This document shows positions 8,286 to 19,125 of a stretch of DNA of 49,084 nucleotides, in pieces. The notes beneath the pieces were generated by a model. That model ran no database searches, was not told the origin of the DNA, and worked only from the letters and a program-made list of their open reading frames with translations. The stretch comes from Hyphomicrobium sp. (GTDB lineage: Bacteria > Pseudomonadota > Alphaproteobacteria > Rhizobiales > Hyphomicrobiaceae): the NCBI GenBank assembly GCA_024230315.1, contig JAAERO010000054.1, positions 1 through 49,084 on the forward strand, written 5' to 3'. Position 1 is the stretch's first letter, and every line of letters begins with the position of its first letter. Position numbers and translations under genes: made by a program.

Positions 8286-10406
8286 ATGTCAAAGCAGATC
8301 ATCATCGACGGCACGCTGATCGAGGTGGCGGATGGCACCACGATATTGCAGGCATGTGAGCAGACCGGCATCGAGATCCCGCGCTTTTGCTACCACGAGC
8401 GCCTTTCGATCGCAGGCAATTGCCGAATGTGCCTCGTGGAGGTTGTTGGTATCGGCAAACCGATAGCGTCGTGCGCCATGGGAGTGGGCGACCTGCCGCC
8501 GAATAGGGATGGTTCGCCGCGCGAGGTGTCCACCAAGTCACCGCTCGTCAAGCACGCCCGCGAAGGGGTGATGGAATTCTTGCTTATCAATCACCCGCTT
8601 GATTGCCCCATCTGCGATCAAGGCGGTGAATGCGACTTGCAAGACCAGGCCATGGCGTTTGGATTCGGTGGCTCGCGCTTTGTGGAAAATAAGCGCGCGG
8701 TCGAGGAAAAATACATCGGACCGCTCATCAAGACCTTCATGAACCGGTGCATCCATTGCACTCGCTGCGTGCGCTTCATGACAGAAATCGCGGGCGTGGA
8801 AGAGCTGGGCGCCATCGGCCGCGGCGAAGACATGGAAATCACGACCTATCTGGAGCACGGGATCCTCACCGAGATGTCGGCCAACGTGAACGATCTTTGT
8901 CCCGTCGGCGCGCTCACCCACCGGCCATGGTCGTACATGGCGCGGCCTTGGGAGTTCGAGAAGACAGAATCTTTTGACGTGATGGACGCGGTCGGGTCGG
9001 CCATTCGCGTGGACGCACGCGGGCGCGAGGTCATGCGCATTCTGCCGCGCAACAACGATGACGTGAACGAAGAATGGATTTCGGACAAGACGCGACACGT
9101 GAGTGACGGCCTGCGAACGCAACGGCTCGATCGCCCTTACGTCCGCGAAGATGGCAAGTTGAGACCGGCCAGTTGGGCGGAAGCCTTGGCCGCCGCGGCA
9201 GCCAAGCTGAAAGAAGCCAAACCTGAGCGCATCGGAGCAATTGTTGGAGATCTTGCCGGTGCGGAGGAGATGTTCGCGCTAAGGGAATTGATGACCAGGA
9301 TCGATGTGAAGAACATCGATTGCCGTCAAGATGGTGCCAAGCTAGCCCCTTCGCTTGGGCGTGCAAGCTATCTTTTCAACACCACGATCGCAGGCATCGA
9401 ACAAGCCGACGCCCTTTTGCTTATCGGCACGAACCCGCGACTCGAAGCGGCCGTGTTCAACGCGCGAATCCTCAAGCGCTGGCGCACTGGCGGCCTCAAG
9501 GTGGGCGTTATCGGTGAACAAGCGCCTTTGACTTACCCATATGACTATCTGGGCGCCGGTGCGAAAACGCTCGGCGAGGTGGCCGAGGGACCTCACGCCT
9601 TCGCCAAAGTTCTAAAGGATGCGGAGCGGTCGATGGTAATCATCGGCGCTGGCGCTTATGCGCGTGCCGACGGAGCAGCGCTGCTCGGCCTTTCGGCACG
9701 CATCGCGCTCGGTGCGATGGAAGGCAAGGACGCGAGCTGGAACGGCTTTAACGTGCTCCATACGGCTGCGTCGCGCGTGGCGGGCCTGGACCTCGGGTTC
9801 GTGCCAGTCGGCAAGGGCGCGCTTAATGCACAAGACCAGGTCGCTGCGGCGGTAAAAGGCAAGCTCGACGTCCTCTATCTGCTGGGCGCTGACGAGGTTG
9901 ACCTGGCGAACAAGGGATCAGACTCGACCTTCGTCATCTATCAGGGCACGCATGGCGACGCAGGGGCGCACCGGGCCGATGTCATCCTTCCCGCCGCCGC
10001 CTACACAGAGAAAAGCGCAACGTACGTGAACACCGAGGGTAGGGTGCAGTTCACGAAGCGCGCGGTCTTTGCGCCGGGTGAGGCAAAAGAGGATTGGGCG
10101 ATCGTGCGGGCGTTGTCTGCACATCTCGACCACACGCTTCCCTTCGACACGCTGACCACCCTGAGGTCGGCCATGTACGCAGTGGCGCCGCATCTGGCCA
10201 GGCTTGATGCCGTTGCGCCAGCAGACCGCAAAGGTATTGAGAGCGTAGCAAAGCTAAAGGGTTCGACGATCGATGAGCCGTTTGTGTCTCCCGTTCGTGA
10301 CTTCTACCTGACAAACCCAATTGCGCGCGCCTCTGCTGTGATGGCGGAGATGAGCGCGCTGAAGAAGAGCATGAACGCCGGTTCCCGCTTGTCGGCAGCC
10401 GAATAA
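8286..10406 (+). CDS. nuoG: NADH-quinone oxidoreductase subunit G
   Basis: CYHERLSIAGNCRMC, HPLDCPICDQGGECDLQ, CIHCTRC and CPVGAL Fe-S motifs. Confidence 0.98.
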   Translation: MSKQIIIDGTLIEVADGTTILQACEQTGIEIPRFCYHERLSIAGNCRMCLVEVVGIGKPIASCAMGVGDLPPNRDGSPREVSTKSPLVKHAREGVMEFLLINHPLDCPICDQGGECDLQDQAMAFGFGGSRFVENKRAVEEKYIGPLIKTFMNRCIHCTRCVRFMTEIAGVEELGAIGRGEDMEITTYLEHGILTEMSANVNDLCPVGALTHRPWSYMARPWEFEKTESFDVMDAVGSAIRVDARGREVMRILPRNNDDVNEEWISDKTRHVSDGLRTQRLDRPYVREDGKLRPASWAEALAAAAAKLKEAKPERIGAIVGDLAGAEEMFALRELMTRIDVKNIDCRQDGAKLAPSLGRASYLFNTTIAGIEQADALLLIGTNPRLEAAVFNARILKRWRTGGLKVGVIGEQAPLTYPYDYLGAGAKTLGEVAEGPHAFAKVLKDAERSMVIIGAGAYARADGAALLGLSARIALGAMEGKDASWNGFNVLHTAASRVAGLDLGFVPVGKGALNAQDQVAAAVKGKLDVLYLLGADEVDLANKGSDSTFVIYQGTHGDAGAHRADVILPAAAYTEKSATYVNTEGRVQFTKRAVFAPGEAKEDWAIVRALSAHLDHTLPFDTLTTLRSAMYAVAPHLARLDAVAPADRKGIESVAKLKGSTIDEPFVSPVRDFYLTNPIARASAVMAEMSALKKSMNAGSRLSAAE

Positions 10407-10427
10407 CGCGAGGTCGATTGGGCGGAG

Positions 10428-11513
10428 ATGAGTGAGAGCACTTTTCAGGAATGGTGGGATTACGCGCTGTGGCTATTGGCCATGGTTGGCTGGAGCTTGT
10501 TCATTCTGGTGGCTCTGCTCATTGTCGTCGCCTACCTATTGTTGATGGACCGTAAGGTGTGGGCGGCCGTGCAGTTGCGGCGCGGTCCCAATGTCGTTGG
10601 TGCCTTTGGACTCTTGCAGTCTTTCGCCGATCTTTTGAAGTTCGTATTCAAAGAGCCGATTATTCCCGCCAGCGCCAATAAGGGCGTGTTTCTGCTAGGC
10701 CCCATTGCAACCGTGACGTTTGCACTTGCCGCGTGGGCCGCGATCCCCGTCAACGAAGATGGCTTAGGCAAGTGGGTGATGTCCGACCTCAACGTCGGCG
10801 TGCTCTACCTGTTGGCGCTGTCATCTCTGGCCGTCTACGGCATCATCATGGGAGGCTGGGCGTCGAACTCCAAGTATCCGTTCATGGGCTCGCTGCGGTC
10901 CGTGGCGCAAATGGTGTCCTATGAGGTGTCCATCGGTTTCGTGATCATTACGGTGATCTTGTGCGTCGGCTCCCTGAACCTGACCGATATCGTCAACGCG
11001 CAGAAGACGGGTCTCGGCACGGGGGTTGGCCTGCCAAATTCGCTGTTAGACTGGTATTGGCTGCCGCTCTTACCGATGTTCGTCGTCTTCTTTGTCTCGG
11101 CACTTGCGGAGACGAACCGGCCACCGTTCGACTTGGTTGAAGCGGAATCGGAGTTGGTGGCCGGCTTCATGGTCGAGTATTCCTCGACACCCTATATGCT
11201 GTACATGCTCGGCGAGTACGTATCGTGCGTGACCATGTGTGCGCTGGCGACGCTTCTTTTCCTGGGGGGCTGGTTGCCGCCGGTGGACGTGGCGCCGCTC
11301 AACTGGGTGCCGGGTGTCGTCTGGTTCGTCGGCAAGAGCGTTTTTGTCTTCTTCCTCTTTGCTATGGCCAAGGCCATGGTGCCGCGGTATCGCTACGACC
11401 AGTTGATGCGGCTTGGGTGGAAGGTGTTCCTCCCGCTCTCTTTATTCATGGTTGTGGCCGTAGCAGCCGTGCTTCAGTTTGCCCGTGGGGGGTTCTCCGT
11501 GACAGGCCTTTGA
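10428..11513 (+). CDS. nuoH: NADH-quinone oxidoreductase subunit H
   Basis: [28 protein letters not shown] and PRYRYDQLM motifs. Confidence 0.98.
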   Translation: MSESTFQEWWDYALWLLAMVGWSLFILVALLIVVAYLLLMDRKVWAAVQLRRGPNVVGAFGLLQSFADLLKFVFKEPIIPASANKGVFLLGPIATVTFALAAWAAIPVNEDGLGKWVMSDLNVGVLYLLALSSLAVYGIIMGGWASNSKYPFMGSLRSVAQMVSYEVSIGFVIITVILCVGSLNLTDIVNAQKTGLGTGVGLPNSLLDWYWLPLLPMFVVFFVSALAETNRPPFDLVEAESELVAGFMVEYSSTPYMLYMLGEYVSCVTMCALATLLFLGGWLPPVDVAPLNWVPGVVWFVGKSVFVFFLFAMAKAMVPRYRYDQLMRLGWKVFLPLSLFMVVAVAAVLQFARGGFSVTGL

Positions 11514-11520
11514 GCCCAAT

Positions 11521-11737
11521 GGCCCGTCCGTAGCTGGCGCGTTAATTGGCACAGCATTTGGACTTTTGAGCTTAGCGGTATTGAGATGGGTAGCAGCAAG
11601 ACGAGAGCGGTATGGCGGAGTGGCGCCGCAGAAGCGTTCCGCAGCCCTAATTTGCGCCGCGGCCATCGCCTGACCGGTGCTGCTTCCGATTGTTGGAGCG
11701 AAGTTGCTTGCGCGATGGCGCCTGGTGAGAGGCTCAA
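11521..11737 (+). pseudogene. possible decayed small 2-TM membrane protein gene
   Basis: One frame reads VAGALIGTAFGLLSLAVLRW-basic loop-SAALICAAAIA*PVLLPIVGA. It has an in-frame TGA at 11671-11673 and no in-frame start. Confidence 0.35.
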
Positions 11738-12226
11738 ATGAACGTCGCACAATCCCTAAGAGCTCTCTTTCTCTGGGAGTTCGTCTCCGCTTTCGGTCTC
11801 GCCATGCGTCAGTTTTTTTCCAAAAAGAAGACGATCGACTATCCCTTCGAGCGCGGGCCATTATCACCACGCTTTCGCGGCGAGCATGCGCTGCGGCGCT
11901 ATCCCAATGGCGAGGAGCGATGCATCGCTTGTAAGCTGTGTGAGGCGATCTGTCCTGCCCAGGCAATCACGATAGAGGCTGGGCCGCGCCGCAATGACGG
12001 CACGCGACGCCCCACCCGCTACGACATTGATATGGTCAAGTGCATCTATTGCGGGCTCTGCGAGGAGGCGTGCCCCGTGGACGCCATCGTCGAGGGACCG
12101 AATTTCGAGTTTGCGACCGAGACGCGCGAGGAGCTCTACTACAACAAGGAGAGGTTGCTCGATAATGGGGATCGGTGGGAACGGGAGATTGCAAAGAATC
12201 TTGAGCTTGATGCACCCTACCGCTGA
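11738..12226 (+). CDS. nuoI: NADH-quinone oxidoreductase subunit I
   Basis: Two CxxCxxCxxxCP motifs ([12 protein letters not shown] and [12 protein letters not shown]); [10 protein letters not shown]. Confidence 0.98.
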   Translation: MNVAQSLRALFLWEFVSAFGLAMRQFFSKKKTIDYPFERGPLSPRFRGEHALRRYPNGEERCIACKLCEAICPAQAITIEAGPRRNDGTRRPTRYDIDMVKCIYCGLCEEACPVDAIVEGPNFEFATETREELYYNKERLLDNGDRWEREIAKNLELDAPYR

Positions 12227-12403
12227 TCACGCAGCGGAAGGTCCGAGCAGCTCTTTGCACTCAATAGCGTTCTCACCGCTTGGATTGTTGCAGCGCATGG
12301 GGTATTGCCCCTTGCGCAAGTATGTGCGTGCCGGTGTGGGCCTTCGCGTACGCGTGGGGCGCGGCGAAGGCAGTGGACGTAAGAGGGCGCTGGGTTCTGA
12401 CCG

Positions 12404-13045
12404 ATGGCACTGACTGCGGGCTTCTTCTATCTTTTTTCAGTGTTCTCGGTTATCGCCGGGGTGATGGTGATCGTGGCCAAGAACCCCGTGCATGCGGTTC
12501 TATTCCTCGTACTGGCCTTCTTCAACGCCGCGGGCCTGTTCATTCTCTTGGGCGCTGAGTTTCTGGCGATGGTTCTCATCATCGTCTACGTGGGTGCGGT
12601 GGCGGTACTCTTCCTGTTCGTCGTCATGATGCTCGACGTTGACTTCGCGGAGCTGAAGGCCGGCTTCATCAAGAACGCGCCTATAGGATTGTTGGTTGGC
12701 GGCATCGTTCTGGTCGAGCTTATCTTATTGTTCGTGGCGCGGGGTTTTGACCTTGGCGTAGCGCATAAGCTCGCAGCCGCCATGCCCACTGCCGATTCCG
12801 GCGTTTCCAATACCGAGGCTCTGGGTCATATCCTCTATACGAAGTACATCTACTTTTTCGAGGTCGCGGGCCTCATTCTGTTGGTCGCGATGATCGGCGC
12901 GATCGTTCTCACCTTGCAGCACAAGAGCGGCGTTCGCCGTCAGTCGATCGCGGCGCAGGTGGCACGCTTACCGAAGGACGGCGTCGAGGTCGTCAAGGTG
13001 CCGTCGGGTGGGTCGGTCATTCCGGCCCCCGACGGACAGAGCTGA
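12404..13045 (+). CDS. nuoJ: NADH-quinone oxidoreductase subunit J
   Basis: [26 protein letters not shown] and [11 protein letters not shown] motifs. Confidence 0.97.
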   Translation: MALTAGFFYLFSVFSVIAGVMVIVAKNPVHAVLFLVLAFFNAAGLFILLGAEFLAMVLIIVYVGAVAVLFLFVVMMLDVDFAELKAGFIKNAPIGLLVGGIVLVELILLFVARGFDLGVAHKLAAAMPTADSGVSNTEALGHILYTKYIYFFEVAGLILLVAMIGAIVLTLQHKSGVRRQSIAAQVARLPKDGVEVVKVPSGGSVIPAPDGQS

Positions 13046-13059
13046 GAAAGCGAGGCGAG

Positions 13060-13368
13060 ATGACCATCGGCATCGGGCATTACCTGACCGTCGCTGCGTC
13101 TCTGTTTACGCTGGGCATGTTTGGCATCTTTCTCAACCGCAAGAATGTCATCATCATTCTGATGTCGATTGAGCTGATGCTTCTCGCCGTCAACATCAAT
13201 CTCGTGGCGTTTTCGCACTTCCTCGGCGATCTCGTCGGCCAAGTGTTTGCGTTGCTGATCTTGACTGTGGCCGCGGCGGAAGCGGCCATCGGTCTGGCGA
13301 TTGTCGTCGTCTACTATCGCAATCGCGGCTCGATCGCGGTTGACGACGTCAACATGATGAAGGGCTGA
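13060..13368 (+). CDS. nuoK: NADH-quinone oxidoreductase subunit K
   Basis: [12 protein letters not shown] and [11 protein letters not shown] motifs. Confidence 0.98.
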   Translation: MTIGIGHYLTVAASLFTLGMFGIFLNRKNVIIILMSIELMLLAVNINLVAFSHFLGDLVGQVFALLILTVAAAEAAIGLAIVVVYYRNRGSIAVDDVNMMKG

Positions 13369-13378
13369 GGGGGACGCG

Positions 13379-15328
13379 ATGATCTACGCGGCAATCGTGT
13401 TCCTGCCGGCCTTGGGTGCGCTTATCGCCGGATTCTTTGGCAGGCTCCTCGGCGTGCGGGCCTCCGAGCTGACCACCACCAGCTTGCTCATCGTCTCGTG
13501 CATCCTCTCTTGGATCGTCTTCTGGCGCATGGGATTTCAGCACGAGACCGATAGCATCACAGTGCTGCGCTGGATCACCAGCGGCGAACTCGACGTCTCG
13601 TGGGCCTTTAAGGTCGACACGTTAACCGCTGTCATGTTCGTGGTCGTCACGACGGTCTCTGCGCTCGTACATGTCTATTCGATCGGCTACATGTCCGAGG
13701 ACCCATCGCGCACGCGCTTCTTCTCCTATCTGTCCGGCTTCACGTTCTCCATGTTGATGCTGGTGGCGTCCGACAACCTGCTGCAGATGTTCTTTGGCTG
13801 GGAGGGCGTGGGTCTATTCTCGTACCTGCTCATTGGCTTCTGGTATCAGAAGGAGTCGGCGAACGCGGCTGCCATCAAGGCGTTCATCGTCAATCGCGTC
13901 GGCGACTTCGGCTTTGCGCTGGGCATATTTGGCCTCTTTGCCATCTTCCGAACCATCAACATGGATGCGCTTTTCAGTGCGGCCCCCACGATGGCCGGGC
14001 AGACGTTCTTGTTCCTCGGCTATGAGGTCGACATCCTGACCACGCTGTGCCTGCTCTTGTTTATGGGCGCGATGGGCAAGTCGGCGCAGTTCCTGTTGCA
14101 CACCTGGCTTCCTGACGCGATGGAGGGCCCAACTCCGGTTTCCGCCTTGATCCATGCGGCCACCATGGTGACGGCCGGCGTGTTTATGGTGGCGCGGCTT
14201 TCCCCGCTCTTTGAGCAGGCACCCATTGCACTCGGCTTCGTCACCCTCGTCGGTTCGTTCACAGCCTTCTTTGCCGCAACCATCGCCGTCTGCCAGAACG
14301 ACATCAAACGCGTCATCGCGTATTCGACCTGTTCGCAACTTGGCTACATGTTCGCGGCGTGCGGCCTTGGCGCCTTTTCGATGGGCATCTTCCACCTCTT
14401 CTGCCACGCCTTCTTCAAGTCGCTGCTGTTCTTGTGCGCGGGCTCTGTGAAACACGCCCTGCATGAAGAGCAAGACATGCGCAAGATGGGCGGGCTTGCG
14501 ACGAAGATGCCTATCACTTGGTTGATGATGATCGCAGGGGGACTGGCCCTTTCAGGCTTTGGCATTCCCCACATCGGCGGCTTTGCCGGGTTCTATTCCA
14601 AGGACGCGATCATCGTCGCGTCGTATGCGAAGGAAACCTACTATCAGTACTCTTTCTGGTTGCTGCTCTTCGGCGCCTTCCTGACAGCGGTCTATATTTG
14701 GCGGCTGATCCTCATGACGTTTCACGGCAAGACTCGCATCGATCCCAGCGATTACCGCAAGACGCATGAGAGCCCGTTTGTGATGACCATCCCGCTCATG
14801 TGTCTAGGGGTTGGTGCGGCATTTGCTGGGGTACTCGGCATTTATGCCTTCATCGGCGAGGGCGCCAACGCGTTCTGGAACAACGCGCTTATCCAAAATA
14901 TCGAAGTGGAACTCTACCAGGCAAGTCATCATGACCTTCCCGAATGGGTGCATTGGTCGACATTCACAGCGATGGCGCTTGGAACGTTTATGCCGTTCCT
15001 CTTCTATGTCATCGCACCCGGGCTGCCGGCGCTGACTGCACGCATCTTCCGCCCGATCTATCTGTTCTTGCTCAACAAGTGGTACATTGACGAGCTCTAC
15101 AACTTCATTTTCGTGCGCCCGACATTCTGGATTGCAAACGTGTTGTGGAAGGTCGGGGACGTAGGCATCATCAATGGGCTGATCGACGGGACCGCGGCAG
15201 GCGTTTACCGGGTAACGAACCGCGTCGTGAAGCTGCAAACGGGTTACATCTATCACTACGCCTTTGCGATGCTGATTGGCGTTGCGCTCATTCTCAGCTG
15301 GTTCATGATCATGGGTGGCGCGCGATAA
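13379..15328 (+). CDS. nuoL: NADH-quinone oxidoreductase subunit L
   Basis: GWEGVG, GKSAQFLLHTWLPDAMEGPTPVSALIHAATMV and DIKRVIAYSTCSQLG motifs. Confidence 0.98.
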   Translation: MIYAAIVFLPALGALIAGFFGRLLGVRASELTTTSLLIVSCILSWIVFWRMGFQHETDSITVLRWITSGELDVSWAFKVDTLTAVMFVVVTTVSALVHVYSIGYMSEDPSRTRFFSYLSGFTFSMLMLVASDNLLQMFFGWEGVGLFSYLLIGFWYQKESANAAAIKAFIVNRVGDFGFALGIFGLFAIFRTINMDALFSAAPTMAGQTFLFLGYEVDILTTLCLLLFMGAMGKSAQFLLHTWLPDAMEGPTPVSALIHAATMVTAGVFMVARLSPLFEQAPIALGFVTLVGSFTAFFAATIAVCQNDIKRVIAYSTCSQLGYMFAACGLGAFSMGIFHLFCHAFFKSLLFLCAGSVKHALHEEQDMRKMGGLATKMPITWLMMIAGGLALSGFGIPHIGGFAGFYSKDAIIVASYAKETYYQYSFWLLLFGAFLTAVYIWRLILMTFHGKTRIDPSDYRKTHESPFVMTIPLMCLGVGAAFAGVLGIYAFIGEGANAFWNNALIQNIEVELYQASHHDLPEWVHWSTFTAMALGTFMPFLFYVIAPGLPALTARIFRPIYLFLLNKWYIDELYNFIFVRPTFWIANVLWKVGDVGIINGLIDGTAAGVYRVTNRVVKLQTGYIYHYAFAMLIGVALILSWFMIMGGAR

Positions 15329-16837
15329 ATGGACATCTCGTCGGCTCCCATCCTCTCGATCGTTACGTTCCTGCCGCTCGTTGGCGCGGTGATCATCGGT
15401 TGCCTCAATCGCGATGCGAAGGGCAACGCACGCTGGATCGCACTGTGGACCACGACGATCACGTTCCTCATATCGCTGCTCATTTGGATCAACTTCGACA
15501 ACATGAGCGGGGCCTTCCAGTTCGTCGAGGAGCGCGATTGGCTCGGCGTTATGAAGTACAAGATGGGCGTCGACGGCATTTCGATGCTGTTCGTCATCCT
15601 GACGACGTTCTTGCTGCCGCTGTGCGTCATTTCGAGTTGGGTCGTCATCCAGGACCGCGTCAAGGAATACATGATCGCGTTCCTTGTGCTCGAAACGCTT
15701 ATGATTGGTGTGTTCTGTTCGCTGGACCTCATCTTGTTCCTCGTCTTCTTTGAAGGCAGCCTCATCCCGATGTTTCTCATCATCGGTATTTGGGGCGGCC
15801 CAAATCGCGTCTATGCGACCTTCAAGTTCTTCCTCTACACGCTGCTGGGTTCGGTTCTGATGCTGCTCGCCGTGTTGGCGATGTACTGGGCCGCAAATAC
15901 GACCGACATCCCGACGCTGATGGCAAGGAGCCAGGAATTCTTCTCTCCAGAGATGCAGTGGTGGCTGTGGCTTGCCTTCTTCGCCTCTTTTGCGGTGAAG
16001 CTGCCGATGTGGCCGGTGCATACTTGGTTGCCGGACGCGCACGTCGAGGCGCCGACGGCTGGCTCGGTCGTCCTGGCGGCGATCCTCCTGAAGCTGGGCG
16101 CCTACGGTTTCTTGCGTTTCTCGGTGCCGATGTTCCCGCTGGCCTGCCAAGAGTTCGCACCGCTTATGTTCGGGCTTTCGGTCATTGCGATCATCTACAC
16201 ATCGCTGATCGCGCTGGCGCAGACCGATTTGAAAAAGCTCATTGCCTACTCCTCGGTGGCGCATATGGGCTTCGTGACGATGGGTATCTTCACGTTTACA
16301 ACCCAGGGCGTTGAAGGCGCCGTCTTCCAGATGTTCTCTCACGGGATTGTCTCGACCGGGCTATTCCTTGGTGTCGGCGTTCTCTACGATCGCATGCATA
16401 CGCATGAGATTTCTGTCTTTGGCGGTCTTGTGCAGCGTATGCCGGTATACGCTGCCCTCTTCATGGTCTTCACCATGGCCAATCTTGGGTTGCCCGGTAC
16501 GAGCGGTTTCATCGGCGAATTCTTGACGATTCTCGCTGCGTTCAAGGTCAACACATGGGTGGCATTTTTGGCGACCACGGGCGTGATCACCTCAGCGGCA
16601 TATGGGCTCTACGTCTACAAGCGCGTCATCTTCGGTGTGCTTGTAAATCCGGCCCTTAAGACCATCAAGGACTTGAGCTATCGCGAGATTGCGATCATGG
16701 CGCCGCTCGTGTTCCTCACGCTTCTGCTTGGCATTTACCCCGCGCCCGTGCTCGACGTAACTGCAGTCTCGGTAAAGAAACTCGTTGCCGCCTATGAGGC
16801 CGCGGTTGGGCCAGCGGCCGCACTCATCGTGCCTTAG
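15329..16837 (+). CDS. nuoM: NADH-quinone oxidoreductase subunit M
   Basis: [36 protein letters not shown] and [11 protein letters not shown] motifs. Confidence 0.98.
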   Translation: MDISSAPILSIVTFLPLVGAVIIGCLNRDAKGNARWIALWTTTITFLISLLIWINFDNMSGAFQFVEERDWLGVMKYKMGVDGISMLFVILTTFLLPLCVISSWVVIQDRVKEYMIAFLVLETLMIGVFCSLDLILFLVFFEGSLIPMFLIIGIWGGPNRVYATFKFFLYTLLGSVLMLLAVLAMYWAANTTDIPTLMARSQEFFSPEMQWWLWLAFFASFAVKLPMWPVHTWLPDAHVEAPTAGSVVLAAILLKLGAYGFLRFSVPMFPLACQEFAPLMFGLSVIAIIYTSLIALAQTDLKKLIAYSSVAHMGFVTMGIFTFTTQGVEGAVFQMFSHGIVSTGLFLGVGVLYDRMHTHEISVFGGLVQRMPVYAALFMVFTMANLGLPGTSGFIGEFLTILAAFKVNTWVAFLATTGVITSAAYGLYVYKRVIFGVLVNPALKTIKDLSYREIAIMAPLVFLTLLLGIYPAPVLDVTAVSVKKLVAAYEAAVGPAAALIVP

Positions 16838-16855
16838 GTTGGGAGCCCGTACGTA

Positions 16856-18319
16856 ATGCAGCATTTGTCCATATACGCGCCGGTCCTGCCCGAGATCGTC
16901 GTCGCCTTGGGTGCGATGGCGCTTTTGATGTTTGGCGTGTTTCGTAAGGCAACGCCGGGTGGCGACTTTGCCACCGCTTGGCTCGCGATCGGCGTCCTGC
17001 TCCTCGCCGCGGTTCTCGTTGCAACCGGAACGACGGGGCGGGAGGCGGTGTTTGACGGCGCCTTTATCGCCGACGGCTTCGCGCGCTTCATGAAGCTTCT
17101 GATCATCGGCGGCGCGGTTCTGGTGATTATCATGTCGTTTGGCAACCTTGCGCGTCAGGGTCTTCTTTCCTTTGAGTATATCGTGCTTTTGCTGCTGGCA
17201 GTGCTTGGCATGATGCTCATGATTTCGGCAGGTGATTTGATCGCGCTCTACCTGGGCATCGAGCTGCAAAGCCTGTCGCTCTACGTCGTCGCGGCCATAA
17301 AGCGTGATGAGGTGCGCTCCAGCGAGGCGGGGCTCAAGTACTTCGTGCTGGGTGCTCTGTCATCGGGCATGCTGCTTTATGGCGCTTCGCTGATCTACGG
17401 GTTCACCGGCTCAGTCGACTTCGGTGTGATTGCAAGCGTGGCCCAAGGGCAGTCGGCGGCGGGCAATATCGGGCTCACCTTCGGCCTCGTCTTCTTGCTG
17501 ATCGGTATCGCCTTCAAGATTTCTGCGGTGCCGTTCCACATGTGGACCCCAGACGTTTACCAGGGTGCGCCGACCCCAGTGACGGCCTTCTTCGCCGCCG
17601 CACCCAAGCTTGCCGCCATGGCACTTTTGATGCGAGTGGTGTTTACAGCCTTTCCTGGCATCGCGCCGCAATGGCAGCAGATCATCGTCTTCTTGAGCAT
17701 CGCCTCGATGTTGCTCGGTGCCTTCGCGGCGATCGGGCAGACCAACATCAAACGGCTGATGGCCTATTCCTCTATCGGACACATTGGCTACGCGTTAGTT
17801 GGCGTCGCAGCCAACAACGAAGCCGGCATGCAAGCCGTGCTCATCTATCTTGCCATTTATCTGTTTATGACGCTGGGTGCGTTTGCATGCATCTTATCGA
17901 TGCGCACCAAGGACGGAATTTTGGAGGACATCGACTCGCTGTCGGGCCTTGCCAAGACTAATCTTCCAATGGCGTTCGTCCTGGCAATGATCCTCTTCTC
18001 CATGGCCGGCATCCCGCCGCTTGCGGGCTTCTTCGCCAAGTTCTACGTGTTTGCCGCCGCTATCAAGGCCGGGCTTTATCCGCTTGCGGTCATCGGCGTT
18101 CTGGCGAGCGTCGTTGCCGCTTACTATTATTTGCGGGTCATCAAGGTGATGTTCTTCGATGATGCGACCCAGTCCTTCGTGCCCGTGGAGCGTGGCCCTG
18201 GCTTTGTCATGACGATCGCGATCCTGTTTGTGCTGTTGTTCGTCCTTGTACCCCAACCTCTTGTCAATGCGGCGCTGGCAGCGGTGCAGTCGTTGCAGAC
18301 CGTCATCCCCGTTCCATGA
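16856..18319 (+). CDS. nuoN: NADH-quinone oxidoreductase subunit N
   Basis: [31 protein letters not shown] and [11 protein letters not shown] motifs. Confidence 0.98.
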   Translation: MQHLSIYAPVLPEIVVALGAMALLMFGVFRKATPGGDFATAWLAIGVLLLAAVLVATGTTGREAVFDGAFIADGFARFMKLLIIGGAVLVIIMSFGNLARQGLLSFEYIVLLLLAVLGMMLMISAGDLIALYLGIELQSLSLYVVAAIKRDEVRSSEAGLKYFVLGALSSGMLLYGASLIYGFTGSVDFGVIASVAQGQSAAGNIGLTFGLVFLLIGIAFKISAVPFHMWTPDVYQGAPTPVTAFFAAAPKLAAMALLMRVVFTAFPGIAPQWQQIIVFLSIASMLLGAFAAIGQTNIKRLMAYSSIGHIGYALVGVAANNEAGMQAVLIYLAIYLFMTLGAFACILSMRTKDGILEDIDSLSGLAKTNLPMAFVLAMILFSMAGIPPLAGFFAKFYVFAAAIKAGLYPLAVIGVLASVVAAYYYLRVIKVMFFDDATQSFVPVERGPGFVMTIAILFVLLFVLVPQPLVNAALAAVQSLQTVIPVP

Positions 18320-19125
18320 GCCCCGCGGCCGCCGGCGCGCACGGTCCTGACCGCTGCCTGCACTTTGAAGAGATCGATTCAACGAACGGCGAAGCAATGC
18401 GCCGTGCGCTTGCCGGTGAGGCAGGGCCACTGTGGGTGCTGGCGGACCGGCAGACATCAGGCCGCGGCAGGTCGGGCCGATCGTGGACGTCGCCGCCGGG
18501 AAACCTTTATGCAAGCCTGCTCTTCTTAACGAGCGCCCCGATCGCCAAGGTCGGACAACTCTCGCTGGTGGCCGGCGTTGCGACTATCGATGCCATCCGC
18601 GGTACGGGTCCACTGGAGCCTGGTGAAACACTTCGGCTCAAATGGCCGAACGATATTCTGATTGGCGCGGCCAAGGCCGGTGGCATTCTGGTTGAGAGCA
18701 GCACGCGCGGGCGCGAAGAGAGGATCGTGGCGGTAATCGGTATAGGGCTCAATCTTGCTTCTGCCCCAGTCGAACCGGGTCGGGCGGCGACTTATCTCGC
18801 TGCGAATGGTTTGACACTTTCACCGCGAGAGGCTTTGTGCTTCCTGGCGCGGGAAATGGACGCCTGGCTTAAGACATGGAATGACGGGGCTGGCTTTGCA
18901 GCGGTACGCGAAGCCTGGCTTGCGCGCGCTGGCCCGGTTGGTGAGCCGCTTCGCGTTTCTGCCAATGAGGGATCTATGGAAGGGTCTTTCGCCGGGCTCG
19001 ATGATGAAGGGGCGCTCATGATTGCCGATGGAGATGGCCGTGTGCGTCGCTTCACCTACGGTGATGTGGCGCTCGCAAACGCATCTCCTACTGGAGCGGC
19101 GCAGAAGGAAAACGATAGTCCATGA
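18316..19125 (+). CDS. birA: biotin--[acetyl-CoA-carboxylase] ligase, no N-terminal HTH
   Basis: [21 protein letters not shown] and KAGGILVE motifs; ATGA overlap with nuoN. Confidence 0.95.
   Translation: MSPAAAGAHGPDRCLHFEEIDSTNGEAMRRALAGEAGPLWVLADRQTSGRGRSGRSWTSPPGNLYASLLFLTSAPIAKVGQLSLVAGVATIDAIRGTGPLEPGETLRLKWPNDILIGAAKAGGILVESSTRGREERIVAVIGIGLNLASAPVEPGRAATYLAANGLTLSPREALCFLAREMDAWLKTWNDGAGFAAVREAWLARAGPVGEPLRVSANEGSMEGSFAGLDDEGALMIADGDGRVRRFTYGDVALANASPTGAAQKENDSP

Noticed and set aside
11547-11561. sigma54-like TGGCAC-N5-TTGG in the nuoH-nuoI gap (similar TGGCAT-N5-TTGG near 1150)
   Set aside because: The -12 element is GG rather than the near-invariant GC, and there is no other support.
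14804-16342. 512-aa antisense ORF over nuoL/nuoM
   Set aside because: Shadow ORF caused by codon bias of GC-rich membrane-protein genes; His/Arg/Gln-rich, with no motif or RBS.
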